Below, in pieces: positions 14,261 through 27,254 of a stretch of 64,000 bases of DNA. Numbering within the stretch: the first letter of the stretch is position 1; each line of letters opens with the position of its first letter. The stretch spans positions 93,250,001 to 93,314,000 of the forward strand of contig NC_045696.1 in NCBI RefSeq assembly GCF_009834535.1, written 5' to 3'. A program made the translations under genes and the position numbers. Origin of the DNA: Camelus ferus. Lineage: Eukaryota. The notes below the pieces were generated by a model. The model was not told the DNA's origin. It saw only the letters and a list, made by a program, of their open reading frames with translations, and made no database searches.

Positions 14261-17200
14261 AATCTAGTTATGCTCCTCTTACCAGCAGCAGAGGCCCCTG
14301 GCTTATGTACTTTCAGGGCTTAATCAGTGGGGAGGGAAGGGCTAACAGTGCGGGTCTGCAAGAGTGAGCACAGAATAGCTACAGGTTCAAATCAAGGTGT
14401 ACCTGACTGACTTTACAAAAAGGAAAAAAAAAAAAATGTGTTTTGCTTTACAGGAAACATGGATCCAGGTGCTCATTTTAACTGATTTTCAGGCTGCACT
14501 GTCACTCCCTGTGCTGAGACAGCATAGTAGTCAAGGAAAATGTTAATAAGAGATGACACATCTTCTCCAGATAATATCTAAAATGCACTATTCTTTTTCT
14601 CTCCCCCCACCCCATACCCTCTCTTTTTTGGCTACACTTTCCACTTAAAAAATATATTGACTGCTTTCTGGTTCTCAATAAATAGCTTTATAACGTCCAT
14701 GTAAGAACACGTTAAATGGGATACACCTGTGCATGATGTGTGTGGTGCATCTCCTAGAGGGATGCGTAACATGAAACGGACTGTCTTTAGTATTTGCTGT
14801 GTCTCTGTACAGTGAGACACTTTTAATTCCAATTTTGTAGATAAGAAAAATGAGACGCAGAAAGCTAAACTGACTTAATTAAGATCACACACAAACAACA
14901 CAGGATGTGGCCCAAGCTTACATCTTAGTTCTTCCATGATAAGTTGGCTGAGTGGAAAAAGAAGCAATAATCTTTCAAAACATTGTGCCTTCATCATTCA
15001 TAACACTTGCATCTGTTTGAAATAAAGTTTACTATTTAACAGCCTTTCTCCTGCACATATGTATTGCTGGAATTTATCTATATTCTACTCATCCAATTAT
15101 TTACCTACATTTCTCATAAAAGGATTCAAAGTAGCCTTACAGGGATACGTAAAATAAACTAAAATCATATACATTAGACGAGAAAGAAAAAGGAGGACAG
15201 GAATAATGCTAATGAATCAAATGTATACAAAGAGACCCTACAATTACAGATTAAAAACAAATCTGACCTTTGCAATACTAGCAGGCAAGGTGAAAAGGGA
15301 AGCATTTCATAAGACTCTTATGAAAAACCAACACATTTCCCCAGAAGCATGATTATCCCTGGTAACTGCTGTGGTAGACCCAGTGTTCTGACTTTGAGAG
15401 ATGGCTGGTCCACCTGGCCCTACCATACCCCATTTTTCTGACTTCCTCCAAAAGCAAAATTCCAGCATGTGCAAACAATGCTTCCAATGTCTAGTTCTGA
15501 AATAATTTTAACTTCCTTGTTGATTTACTAGTTCCACAGATTTTCATCAATATAATGCTAAAATAATCATATAATATAGGTGTGCACTCAAAACTGAGAA
15601 GCTTTAGTTATTTACTGATTTGGTAGGCATTGAAAACTACACATAATCACAGATTTGGTGATGAGCAGGACAAAGCAAGATCCTTCAGGGAGAGACGGGC
15701 CTTCCGATACCTCTCACTCTACAATGTTGAATATAAAGCTGAGGTCCTCACTGCCCCCTAAGCTTGAGTTTATATCCACCCCTTTACACTTAGGTCATTT
15801 CTGCAGCTGTAAAACCAGGAATTGCTAATTTTCTTTCCCTTTAACCACTTAATCCAACTTATCTATGTTTTCCATACCTTAACCATGCATTAAAAAAAAG
15901 ATGGTTCACTACTGCTGAAAATCTACCCAGAAGGTAAGAGAAAGTATGTTATATACATGTCTATGTATCACAAAATGACTTCCTTTCTTGGAAAGAATGT
16001 GATTGACAAATGCTAATTTTGACTGGAGAATTTTTTGAAGCAAGTATTGCTACACAATTGTCAGGAGAACGGTGTCAGGGAAGCTACTCAAAGCAAATTG
16101 CCACATGCCGCATTTCAATTAATGAAGGTGTGCTCCATCAGCCTTCCCACTACGATACCTGCTGCCTTCTTATTGCCTGAAGGACTTTTTCAGACTTAAT
16201 TATGTAATGAAATAGCCTCATCTCCCACTCTGAAAGGCTGTTACATGGCTGGCGGTCCTCAGGAGTCAGTGTGCAGTCCTTTCTGCATTTATCTACTTAT
16301 GTCACTGTTCTTCATGGAGGCTTCTGGAGTGTTAACAGGCAAGAAAGGAGGGACCACAGCCCACAGCAGTGCAGAGATTCCCTGCTGCTGCCAGGAAAAG
16401 GCCAGCTGGTGCCACAATACTTCACTTAGGGCATTACCGGGATCTGGCCATTGCAGAAATGACTGATATTTGGAAAGTTCATTCACTTCAAGGGTTATAG
16501 CTCAAGCCACACAAAAGTAATAGTAAATCAGACTATGAATACATTATCTCACCATGCTGAATGTATCTTTAAAGTAAACAGAATGCCTCCTTTCCTTGTA
16601 TTAATAAATACTCATCAAAAGTTTGCTTGGTGAGTAGAGAATTAAAGTCAAAGAAACGGGACAGTTCTGAGAAGTTTCATCCTGGTCCTGATGCTCCACA
16701 AACCTGTCTCTCAGAGCTGCCAGGATTGTGCAGTGTACATCCTGCACAAATGTACAAGCAGTTGTGCTCTCTTTTGAGAACTGTATTGCTCATGTATCTT
16801 AACTTGGTTTCTCTATGCACCCTGGAAAGTTTAGGACTACACTGGTAATGTTTGCTTCTTTAGACCCCTTAATTCCATGCTGTGTTTGATGTACTAAAAT
16901 CACTGATAAATCTGCTCACTGTTCTCAGCAAAGTAGCTGGATTCTGGGTCTAAGAGATATTTATTCTCCCCCTTCTTAGTCTGGATTTAATTATTTCAGC
17001 TCTCTGAGAGTCATTATATGTCTTTTAGCTCCATGTTCTGGCAGGAGGGGAGGCAATCTGCTCTTAAATACCGTGTGTACTGGCATAGAGGATAAAAAGT
17101 CTGATAGATTTTTGTCTCCTTTGCAACAACATGGAGAAGTGGTCCTGAATACAGACCCTGGAGCCAGGCTGCCTTGACTCCTACCCTAGCCCAAGTTTGT

Positions 17201-17541
17201 TCACCTGTAAAAAGAAAGGTATAATGGCACCTATCTCAAAGGTCATTATAAGGATCAAATGTGTTAACACACGTAAACTACTTACAATAGTGCCAGACAC
17301 AAATATTCAGTGTCAGCTATTACTGTTCTATTATCTTCTATTTTTATTTTATTATATTCTATTATTATTCTCCTGTATTCTTATGCTCCTCTATTAGTCT
17401 ATTTAACATTTCTTCCTTATAATTGTATGTTACCTCAATTTAGTAATAAAACAGTAGCTTGGCAGGAAACACTGCATGTGCATGTGTGTGTGTGTTTTAA
17501 CTCTTCAAAGACAGCCCCAAAATAAAAGGTCTGTAGAAGGA

Positions 17542-17990
17542 TGTATTACTAATTCCTTATGGCTGCTATAACAAATTACCACAAACTGAGTGGCTTAAAA
17601 CAATACAAATTTATTGTCTTATGGCTCTGAGGTTTGGCAGGGCTGCATTTCTTCTGGATGCTCAAGGGGAGGACCACTCCTTTCCCTTCCCAGCTTCCAG
17701 AGGCTGCACACATTCCTTGGCTCGTGGCTGCATAACTCCAACCTCTGCTTTCTCTGCTTCTGTTATTACATCTTCCTCTCTGATTCTGACCCTCTGTTCC
17801 CTTCCCCTTATAAGAACCCTTGTGATCACATAAGACCACCCAGATAATTCAGGATAATCTCCCCATTTCAAAATGTTTAACTTAATAATCACATTTGCAA
17901 AGTACCGTTTGTCTTATAAGGTAACACAGTCAAAGGATCCCGGGGGTAGGAAGTAGACATCTTTAGGAAGGCATTATCCTGCCTACCACA
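17542..17990 (-). mobile_element. MLT1 (MLT1D-like) MaLR solo LTR
   Basis: GCTGCTATAACAAATTACCACAAACTGAGTGGCTTAAAACAA...CCTGCCTACCACA. Confidence 0.85.
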
Positions 17991-18030
17991 AAGGGAAGTG
18001 CCTTGGATGATCTTCTGAGAGCATTTAAGT

Positions 18031-18270
18031 CAGTGCTATCCAAGTGGAGATGATTCTGCTGCCCCAAGGAAACACGTGGCAATGCCTAGAAACATTTTTT
18101 GGTTGTCACAACTCTGTGTGTGTGTGTGTGGGGGGGGGTGTTACTAGTCACCTAATGGGTAGAGGTCAGGGAAGCTGCTAAGCATCCTACGATGCACAGG
18201 ACATCCCCCTCCCCGCAACAAAGAATTATTCAGCCCCAAATGCCAGCAGTGATGAAGCTGAGAAACCCTG
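18031..18270. mobile_element. MER20 hAT-Charlie element
   Basis: GGCAATGCCTAGAAACATTTTTTGGTTGTCACAAC...GTAGAGGTCAGGGAAGCTGCTAAGCATCCTAC...AAAGAATTATTCAGCCCCAAATG. Confidence 0.85.
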
Positions 18271-19080
18271 ATTTAAAGTATATGATTCCCTGAAATCTTA
18301 GTAAGGTTACAATATGATGGAAGCCAGGTTCAGGATTTAGATTTACATACAGACGTTAGATAAATCATATTCAGGGTCTATAACTCCATGTTTTTAACCA
18401 TCTTATATGGTAAATAAGAGATGAATGATATTACTCATACTTTAACAGTAGGGTTTTGAACACTGCCTTAACTTGTTATTTGTTAAGTAGTGTTTATTTT
18501 AGGTCTGGTGTAATCTTTCAGAGTGATGCATTTCTTATAGAGGTAAGTTAAGTTAAATCATGTATTATGAACATCATTTTCTGTATATTCTAAGTACTTA
18601 AATTTATAGATGCTCAGATTTAAAGGACCTAACACCAAACAGATTTCAAGATGATCCACAGCCTTCTGCGATATTTTATTTTTGTCTTGGTGTGGCCTGA
18701 CTTCTACCCCTTGACTTCAAATGATCAAAGAGAGAAGTATACTTGACATTCCCTTCCATGGGGAGAAAGATTTAAGGTAAAACCAACTTTCACTTAAAAT
18801 AAGCACCTTGAGTATCAATACTGACTTTTCCAATTCTCAAGAATTTCTGTGCTCTGGTTTGAATTCTTTCAGTCTTTTAAAGTAATCTATAGAATTGCTG
18901 GTAGGAGACGTTACATTTTTTTCAACATCTTTCTTTTCCTTTCCATCCACTCCACTCTTTTCCCTTTCTTTATTACTTCTCCTGTCCAAGATTTTCCGTA
19001 GAGTTTTCTTAACCTGTAGCAAGTTCTAAAAGCAATAGTTGTGTTTTCTGTGGCAGAAAATATTACCTAACCAGTAGAGG

Positions 19081-19082
<2 letters not shown>

Positions 19083-19136
<54 letters not shown>
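19083..19136 (+). repeat. (TG)27 microsatellite
   Basis: Perfect TG dinucleotide run. Confidence 0.98.
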
Positions 19137-19140
<4 letters not shown>

Positions 19141-19634
19141 TACGGCATGAAAACTGTATCTGTAAGGTTGAGTTTCATCATTTCCCCCCATCCAGGAAGG
19201 CATAGCAAGTACAAATATGAAAGTATTCTAGCAGCTTGTGAACCAACAGAGCAGAATGAAGAACACACGGCTATTCAGCAACCTTGTTCACCACTGAGCT
19301 ATTTCTATTGTTTACATTCCTCTGCCAAGATACAGTTCTGTGAGGTGTTTTTTTTTTACCTTTGATATGATTTCTAAGCTACAATTAAAGGATATACAGT
19401 TTAAATACATTTTAATTAGTTAAGATTTGCCAAACATTATTAAAAAACCAAAGCCATAACCCCCATAGACGTTAAGTCACATCTCAGATTCCAGATTCCA
19501 AATGTCACATTGTTCGTTGGGTGGGTACCACTAAAGGATTGTACCTCTCTCTGGGGTACAATCACTTGTAGGATTACAAAGATATGCGTTCCTAGTCAAA
19601 GGATCTAGTTTCTTCAAAAATAAAACGCAAGACA

Positions 19635-19775
19635 GGGTGGGTATAGCTCAGTGGTAGAGTGCAAGCTTAGTGTGCACAAGGTCCTGGGTTCAATCCTCAG
19701 TACCTCCATTAAAATAAATAAACCTAATTACCTCCACTGCCAAAAACAAAAATAAAAACAAAATAAAAACAAAAA
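19635..19775 (+). mobile_element. tRNA-derived SINE (Vic-1-like)
   Basis: GGGTATAGCTCAGTGGTAGAGTGC...GGTCCTGGGTTCAATCC head followed by an A-rich tail. Confidence 0.9.
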
Positions 19776-20569
19776 TTCAAGAAGAAAGAAAACAAGAGTG
19801 AAAGGGAGAACAAAAGGCAGTGCCTGAGAACAAGGAACTTAGAGATAATTAGAGGTTAACACATAAGTGGGAGTTTCTCACAACAGGATAGCATGAGCAT
19901 TTACAACAGGGCAGCTGGGACAGAGAAAGGAGGGATAAGATTTTAGGAGGGAGCAAATGGTAACTTTGACAACTCAGGCACGTACCAACTCTGGCACAGT
20001 GACCTGGACATTTCCCAGCCAAGGAACCTGTGTGGCCATTTCCCTAAGGAACAAAGAAACTTCTCCGTTTCCGGGAAGGCTGTTGGGTGAGAAAGTGTAT
20101 GTTATTATGCTGAGCAGCAAATGGCTGGTACCTCCAATCAAATCTCTCTCAAGCTACCCACATCATGTCCCAGAGTGTCTGGCCAGGGCATCTGAGATCC
20201 AGTACAAAAAAAAAAGAAAGGCAAAAAAGGAATACAGAAAAACAGAGAGTACGTACATACTCAGGACATTAGACTATAACTGAGAATCCCACAGTATTTT
20301 GCTATCATTATTTTGGAAAGGTCAGTGAATAACAAAAACCTGGATAAGAAAATCCAACAGAAAATGGTTAAAAATCATTTGTGATAGATTATTTCTTGGA
20401 AGAAATGCAGACATTAGGAAGGAGGTTTAGAATCCCTTGTCAAAGGGCGTAAATATTGTGTTCATATCCAGGGCGCTGTGCTCTGCTAGCACCTTTTCCC
20501 TTCTTGTCAGAATGTTCTTTTTTTTTTTTTTCACCACACTCTAATTGATGTCACCTCTATAGCTCCATT

Positions 20570-21530
20570 CACTTTCCTGTACCTTCTCTGATTTTTCTTT
20601 TCCTTTACTTCTTAAGTTTCTGATTTTCTCTTAAGTTCAGCCCTTATACCTCTTCTCCTTTTAGGAACGTAACTACTGCCAAGGCTTCAGCGATCACCCC
20701 TGGGCTGACAGATCCTAAATCCACCCATCTTTACTTTCCTGCTGTCTATCCTCAGTTGGATGTTACCCTTGACTTAGACCCAACAGGTCTAAATCCACAG
20801 TAATCACACCCTTTCCTACAACAAACTCACATCCGAACTTCTCTATTTCCTTGAGACTGTGTGCTGCCACGGTCTCCTGTGTCCCCCCAGGCTTCAAACT
20901 TGGTGCCATTTTCATATTATTCATGTCCTTCATTTAGCAAGTCAGTTCTGTAGAGCCGCACAGTTGTCCCTGCACACTGTCTCAAAGTTCTCTCATCCCA
21001 CCATGGACAGCCCTCCTCCACTCACACCTGTACTACACAACCAGCACCTACCTGCCCACCCTCCCTGGCTTCTCACTCAATCCACCCAGCTGACCATTCC
21101 CAAAACTGTCTTTCAACTTTTGCCTTATTAAGAGATTTGTTCAAGAATATCTCTTTTCCTCCCTGATTACAACATCAAGACTAACCATGAATTTTCAGAG
21201 TGCTCCGTAACATGTCCCCATCTATCAAGACTAGGTTTGCATTGCTTCTCAACATGATTTATTCCTGTCATTCTTTCTCTTAGTTTGGAATTCCCTTATC
21301 TGTACCCCTGCTTCTAAATCCTAGGCCTGTTTCAAGACCCCTCCTAAATCTCAATTTCTCTACCTCTTTACATGTTCCCATGACACTCCTTTCTTAGTGC
21401 TTGCCCCTCTGATGACTTGCATTGAGAAATTTTTAACACCATTTCAATGTGCTGATAGTCTTTCTCCAATTACATGGCAAGTACCATAAAGCTAGAGATA
21501 TAGTTCTCTATCTCTACCCTACCATTCACT
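20570..21530 (+). mobile_element. L2 LINE fragment (diverged)
   Basis: Pyrimidine-rich sequence resembling the L2 blocks at 12-13 kb and 61-62 kb. Confidence 0.55.
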
Positions 21531-21739
21531 CCAGGGTTGAAAAGAGTGATTTTTTTTTTAGAATAAATAAGTTTGTTAATCTACTACTTAAATACATTTT
21601 GATTTTTTGACTATAAATTAGTGATCTATAATGAATTAGAATATAAACAAAGCAAATACAGAAATGTATCCGTTAGCATTTGATTTTTAAATGTTATACA
21701 TTAATTTTAAAACTACTAAATTTAAAACCATCTTCTTAC

Positions 21740-21775
21740 CTGATTTTATGCAGCCTGATGACTTGCAAATACCAT
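21740..21775 (-). CDS. MME: Neprilysin 36-nt coding micro-exon, encoding (D)GICKSSGCIKS(A)
   Basis: Minus strand reads tctag|ATGGTATTTGCAAGTCATCAGGCTGCATAAAATCAG|gtaaga. It has canonical AG/GT ends, is phase 1-1, is in frame with the previous exon and matches the NEP stalk motif DGICKSSxCIKSA. Confidence 0.96.
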
Positions 21776-22410
21776 CTAGAAAAAGGAGGATATAGGCATA
21801 AATATTTGCAATACATGTTTTCTAATTTCTCCCTATCTTTTGTCATTTTAAAAACTGCCAGTTGAATCATAAATTCCTTACAGCTAGAGCTAAAATCTGA
21901 GTTATTATATACCATTGATGGTAGTTAGAAAAAAAACTAGAGAAATAAAATAAACAAATCTTAAATTTAAAAATTTTATAATGAATAAAAATTTATTTAT
22001 TATATCATCTCCACCCGCTAAGCCTTAGGTCAATTAAATTGAAATAATAAGTTATTTTAGTCTGGTAATCATTTTTTTTTTTTTGTCCATTAAGGAACCA
22101 ATCTTTTCTAATTCTTATTATAAAAAACTTCTAAGGCTCAAATTAGACTTCTTAAATTCTTATACAACTGTTTAGAATTTCAATGACACAACAAAAGTTG
22201 ACTAATTGAAGTTGGCCATAAAACTGTGAATACTTTAATCAAATAAAATTATACATTAGAATCCTCATAGAATAAGCATGAGTGCACTAAATATACTTGG
22301 CAATTAATAACTTAGCTCAAACATAAAAGACACTGTACTTTAGTCAGAGTTAATTGTTTTGACATACTGATGTTACAGCTTATAAATGAATCTTTCTATC
22401 ACCATCTTTA

Positions 22411-22677
<267 letters not shown>

Positions 22678-23384
22678 CTAAAATCTGCAAAAAAATTTTT
22701 TTTAATTTTTAAAATACTAATGATAATGTATTAATAAAGTGATAGAAAGAAGACTATAGCCAAATAAATTAGAAGCTGGTCAGAACCTTTTGAGTCTTTT
22801 TGATATATCCGTGAAGGTCCAAGCAAAATTAGACAGGAAGACTCGGTTAAACACTCACGTCGGATTCCTTCAGCAGTTCATAAGCAAATAACTGCTGCAC
22901 CATCATTAAAGAAAGTTTTAAACTCACCCTTCTGAACTTTGGACAACATCAAAGGTGAACTTTATATCTTGCTCCACTGGCTTCCTTTATAAGCCTGGAA
23001 ATCAACGACTAATTCTTCGAGGTTTTGACTAAGCAATAATTTGAAATATGAATACAAGTAAAAACAAAAAGGAACAAACACTTGTGGTAGTTCCTCTTCA
23101 GTTTTAAAAACAATTTTTAATTTTACAGTTCAAAATTACAACTACTGCTGATATGGGTGTCTATTAACTGGTTAGACAACATTTTGAAATCAATCACTCA
23201 TTGGACCAAAAGTCTTGGTTTACAACCTGGCATGAAAGATATTAACCATAAACAATGTTTCTTTGTGTAACTGAAGAAGAAAAAAATGATTAAAAAATCA
23301 AGCTGGCAGGTCAAGATAACAACTGTTAAGATACTTTATTTAACTTATTTTTAAATTAATAATGCTAATACTTCTACTAATAAA

Positions 23385-23550
23385 AGCTGGCATTTACTGA
23401 GTACTTCCCATGTGTCACTCCCAGTTCTTAGTGATTTACATGTACTAATTCACTGAATCTTTGTAAGGTGGATATGAATATTCCAATTCTATACCTTAGG
23501 AAAGTGGGGCACAGAAAAGCCAGGTAACTTGCCCAAACCTACACAACTAA
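23385..23550 (-). mobile_element. MIR SINE
   Basis: CATTTACTGAGTACTT...GGAAAGTGGGGCACAGAAAAGCCAGGTAACTTGCCCAA core. Similar MIR relics occur near 1000-1090, 5040-5230, 17150-17320, 46060-46290, 49900-50030, 50810-51050 and 62180-62350. Confidence 0.7.
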
Positions 23551-25642
23551 AAACACATTTACAATGAACACATTTCAAAGAACACATTTTGAAATAAAAT
23601 TGTATCATCCTACAATGGAAGCTACTTTAGACCTTATTGCAGAAGTCTAGGAGGGGAAATAAAAGGGATATAAGCCTAAATATTAAATTTCATCATGTTT
23701 CTTTCAGAGGCCTAGTGATACTTTACCAACTATTCACCAAAGCTTAGAACAGGCAACTTCAATTTTTCTGCCTGACTGTAAAAAAGAACATCGTAAACTA
23801 ACAGATTAGCTGCTTATAGCTTGATGCAAATTAAGCATATAATTTAGTTCCTAGATGAAGTGAATAGCTTAGAGATGCTCTTATACTTAGAAATCTTTGT
23901 TGAATACACATAATTTTCTGCGGATGTGTTTTGTGGAAACTGAGGCACAGGATAAAGTAGAAACGGATTCTACATTTGAAGTATAGCCTGGGATACCCAA
24001 CAATACCTAGGAATTTAATTTCCTAGTGAGTTATTAATAAGTGAACCACAACTAGACTTTAAAGTTCTGGATACAGAGTCTTAAGCATGCTGTCCCCTTG
24101 ATTACGTGAGGCTATAACCAAGGACAGACTATCAAATAAAAATACTTTATTAGACCATGAGAACCATGTCTGCTCAATAAAAGTGGAATGTAATGTACCT
24201 GAATGTTAAAATGTCTTATTTAATGGTTATGTAACTCATGTTGGCTTAGTCTCACATCCCCATGGGTTATGATACGGAATTACATTGATCATAGTCCTTT
24301 GAGTTTTAACACTGCAAGTGGTGGGAAAGAAAAGATGGAAACAAACTTAACAATCAGAAACCATACAAAGAGGTAAAGAATAAAAAGAATAATTTTCCCA
24401 CTTCTCCCAGAAGAATTTGAGATTGACTTCAAGAACATCAATATTAATCACATTTGCTTGAGTATTTCCCTTTCCTATTTTTCCCGCTGCTCTAATAATA
24501 ATACAGAAGACAATCCAGAGAAATGTTCTCCTTATATAATATGACCCATTTCTCTTTTTAGTTCTTCCTTAGACACAGCAATCAGTTTCTCTAGTAAAAC
24601 CTGGGGCCAGGAACCAGGGGAACCATGAGGTTAAATTAAAGGTGCTCTTTGGCACCACCAGGCTCCCACCGAGCAAGAAAACTAGTAGCCAAGCATGTCG
24701 TTCTCCCTCCTGGGTGACTTCTCCCTGGCTTCTCCTCCTTACCCTTGAGATTGGGATACTGAGGCATCTGAGCTCTTAATAGTTCTACACCTAAGGCAAC
24801 AATAATTGTTATCGGGGAAATGAAGGCAGTGACTGAGCTGTTTAGTCCTTTTACCTGCATCAAAAGAATATCATCTTTGAATCACCTGCTATCTCTCCAT
24901 CTGCCCCTCTTGTAAACACTCTGCAAATTTTCAGTCTTTTGCTCCTAAGTGGCACTTTTCAGCAGCACTGACCAAAGCAGAAATGAGTCAAGGTTAACCT
25001 CCTAATTAACTTTGACATTCATTTCCAGTGGAGTCATTGTTTTTTAAGAAAATGGGGTCAGAATTTCGAACCTCAGGGTGAAACACATCACCACCCCTCA
25101 GATACTTGGATATCCAATGCAACCACACCCAAAGCCATTTTAGACAAGGGAAGAAAGGGGACAACTAGACAAAAGAATACCAAAAAGTGATAAGGTTGAC
25201 ATTTGTAGTCCCAGATAAAGCAGAATATGTCAAAACATAGCTACATCCTTAAAATATTCCACCTCAATTGGAGATATGTTGGAAAGTTCAAACCAAAACA
25301 GACACTTCCAGAGAAGAGATTAGAGAATGAGGACACCTAACCCAACAAGAACCCTGCGAACTTCAGCTTGACAACATCACCAATAGAATAACTGACTATT
25401 TTGCCTAAGTAGAAACTGAATTTCAAACAACATAAAGCAGCAATTTTTATACCAGTTACATGTACACAAAGAACCCAGAGGATAACTGGGTTGTTAAAGG
25501 TTAAGTCTACAAACCAAAGCAATGTTCATCTTGACAACACATTACTACCTTAACATTTCTGCAAGTCGCTGAGGTTATACTACACAATTACAGTTTGTGT
25601 TATGGAAACTGAGGCACAAGAAGCAAGAGAAACAGGTTCCAC

Positions 25643-25744
25643 CTATAATGGAATATAAGCTGCAAAAATACTGAATCACTAAGCTCCACACCTAAAACTA
25701 ACACAAGATTGTAAATCAACTATACTTAAATTTGAAAAAGGGAG
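25643..25744 (+). mobile_element. Extremely 5'-truncated L1 3' tail
   Basis: TTGTAAATCAACTATACTT matches the L1 3' ends near 34203 and 45051. It is flanked by the 17-bp direct repeat AGAGAAACAGGTTCCAC (25626-25642 and 25745-25761). Confidence 0.85.
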
Positions 25745-26418
25745 AGAGAAACAGGTTCCACATTTAGACGGTAGCTGCAGAATTTGAGGAGGCAGGTACG
25801 CGAGAGAAATTATCTCCTTGTTTCCCAGGACGTTAACTTGTAGGTGTTTCCCAGATCCGGAAATCCGGAGTTCTGGACACAAAGTCCCAACCACATTACT
25901 TCCATAAGCTGTGTAGCTATACAGCAAGACACAGTATGGAGTCCAAGAAACTGTCAGACAAATTTTTTTTAAGTGCTGGAACATAGCAATAAAGCAAGCT
26001 AGTCTTCTTAGCCGATTTGCCAATTAGTAGCTTCCAAATGCTGACGCTGCAAGTCAAGGTGCTACTTTTCAGTTTAATAAAATTACCATTTGCTTTGTAT
26101 ATGGGGGAGGAACAGACTTGACCAAGTGGCTAAAGAGGACAGTTCGGTGGCAATTACCTTTACGTCCAAATAATACAAATAGATTGAGACCGATTAAGGA
26201 AACTTTCATCCGCAAAAGAACTCCCCTCTACTCCCACCAGCCAACCGTTGTGTGATTTAAGCACTCTATCAGCATAAATTATGTAAGAGGAAACTAAGGT
26301 TCAAAGCAATGTGAAGAGGTGGGATAATGAAAAGATCCTCAGGTTAGGGAAAATAAAAATAGAAAAGTGAGTTACAAATGAGAAGAAAATCCGACAGAAA
26401 CCAAAAAAGAAAACAAAC

Positions 26419-26640
26419 CTTACTTAAAAAAAAAAAATCAGTGTCTGTACAGCAGAATGGCAAATTCCCAGCCCCCAAATCAGCCCCGCTGCAATTTGGT
26501 AGCGCCGATCTCAGTAACCAGCTATAACTCTCCGAGGCAGAGGGTGCAGGGAGCTATGGAAATGAACCTGAAGAGTCGACCTGACATCACTTGCAGAGCC
26601 CTCCTCCGGGTCCCTCTCTCTGCCCCCGTCCCTCACTCTT
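26419..26640 (-). other. MME: MME alternative non-coding first exon, type 2 (short 2a donor near 26581, long 2b donor near 26419); 5' end approximate
   Basis: Minus strand GGAGGAGGGCTCTGCAAG...TTGGGGGCTGGGAATTTGCCATTCTGCTGTACAGACACTGATTTTTT...AAG|gtttgt resembles the recalled human 2a/2b 5'UTR. The internal donor candidate is GTCAG|gtcgac. Confidence 0.65.
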
Positions 26641-26900
26641 CAAGTCCCAGGAGCGGCTGCTTCCCAGGGCACGCCTCCCTCGCCCACGGCCGCGGGGTGC
26701 CAGGCGCTCTGACCGCGCCGGACCTGAGCCGCCGACCCTGCTCCGTGCGCCTCCCGGGCAGCCGCTCCCCGCGGCGGCCTCTGCGCTCTCCCTCCCGTCC
26801 CATTGGCTCCCACCGCCCCGGGCGAGATCTGGAGCCCTATGGACCCAGCTCCCGCAGCTCCCCCAGCTCCCAGCTGCCGGCTTGCTCTCCCGGGACTCAC

Positions 26901-26960
26901 CAGTGGGATTCGGGAGAAGTTGGAGGCTGCTGAGCAGACACATCCCGACCAATGAGCGTG
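26901..26960 (-). other. MME: MME alternative non-coding first exon (1bis-like); 5' end unknown
   Basis: Minus strand ...CCTCCAACTTCTCCCGAATCCCACTG|gtgagt gives a consensus donor inside the CpG island. MME is known to use several 5' exons. Confidence 0.6.
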
Positions 26961-27167
26961 CGGGGCCGGCGGGTGGCGGGGAGCCCACAGAGCGCTGGTG
27001 GGTCGGTGCGTCCGCCCAGGCGCGCCGGAGCAGCGCGGGCTCCCGGCCTCGGATCGCAGCGCCGAGCCGAGGCCGGACTCTGGAGAGGTTCTGGGCCCGC
27101 CTCGGCCCGGGCCCAGGGGCGACGGGGAACCGGGACATCCCTCGGACCAGCACCCGGAGAGACTCAC

Positions 27168-27254
27168 CGTGGCCTTTCAGTAGATCCCGCGCGGGGAGTT
27201 GCGCGGCTGCTCCCGCCTGCGCTGGGTCCAGCTTCGCCACTTGCACATCTCCGC
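27168..27254 (-). other. MME: MME non-coding first exon (type 1); 5' end approximate
   Basis: Minus strand GCGGAGATGTGCAAGTGGCGAAGC...GGGATCTACTGAAAGGCCACG|gtgagt resembles the recalled human MME variant-1 5'UTR. Strong donor GTGAGT at 27167-27162. Confidence 0.8.

Larger units (their letters stand above)
1..21739 (-). other. MME: MME intron following the 36-nt exon (continues beyond the window)
   Basis: Starts at donor GTAAGA at 21739. I did not recognise the next NEP exon (AARLIQNMD...) anywhere in 1-21739. Confidence 0.75.
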
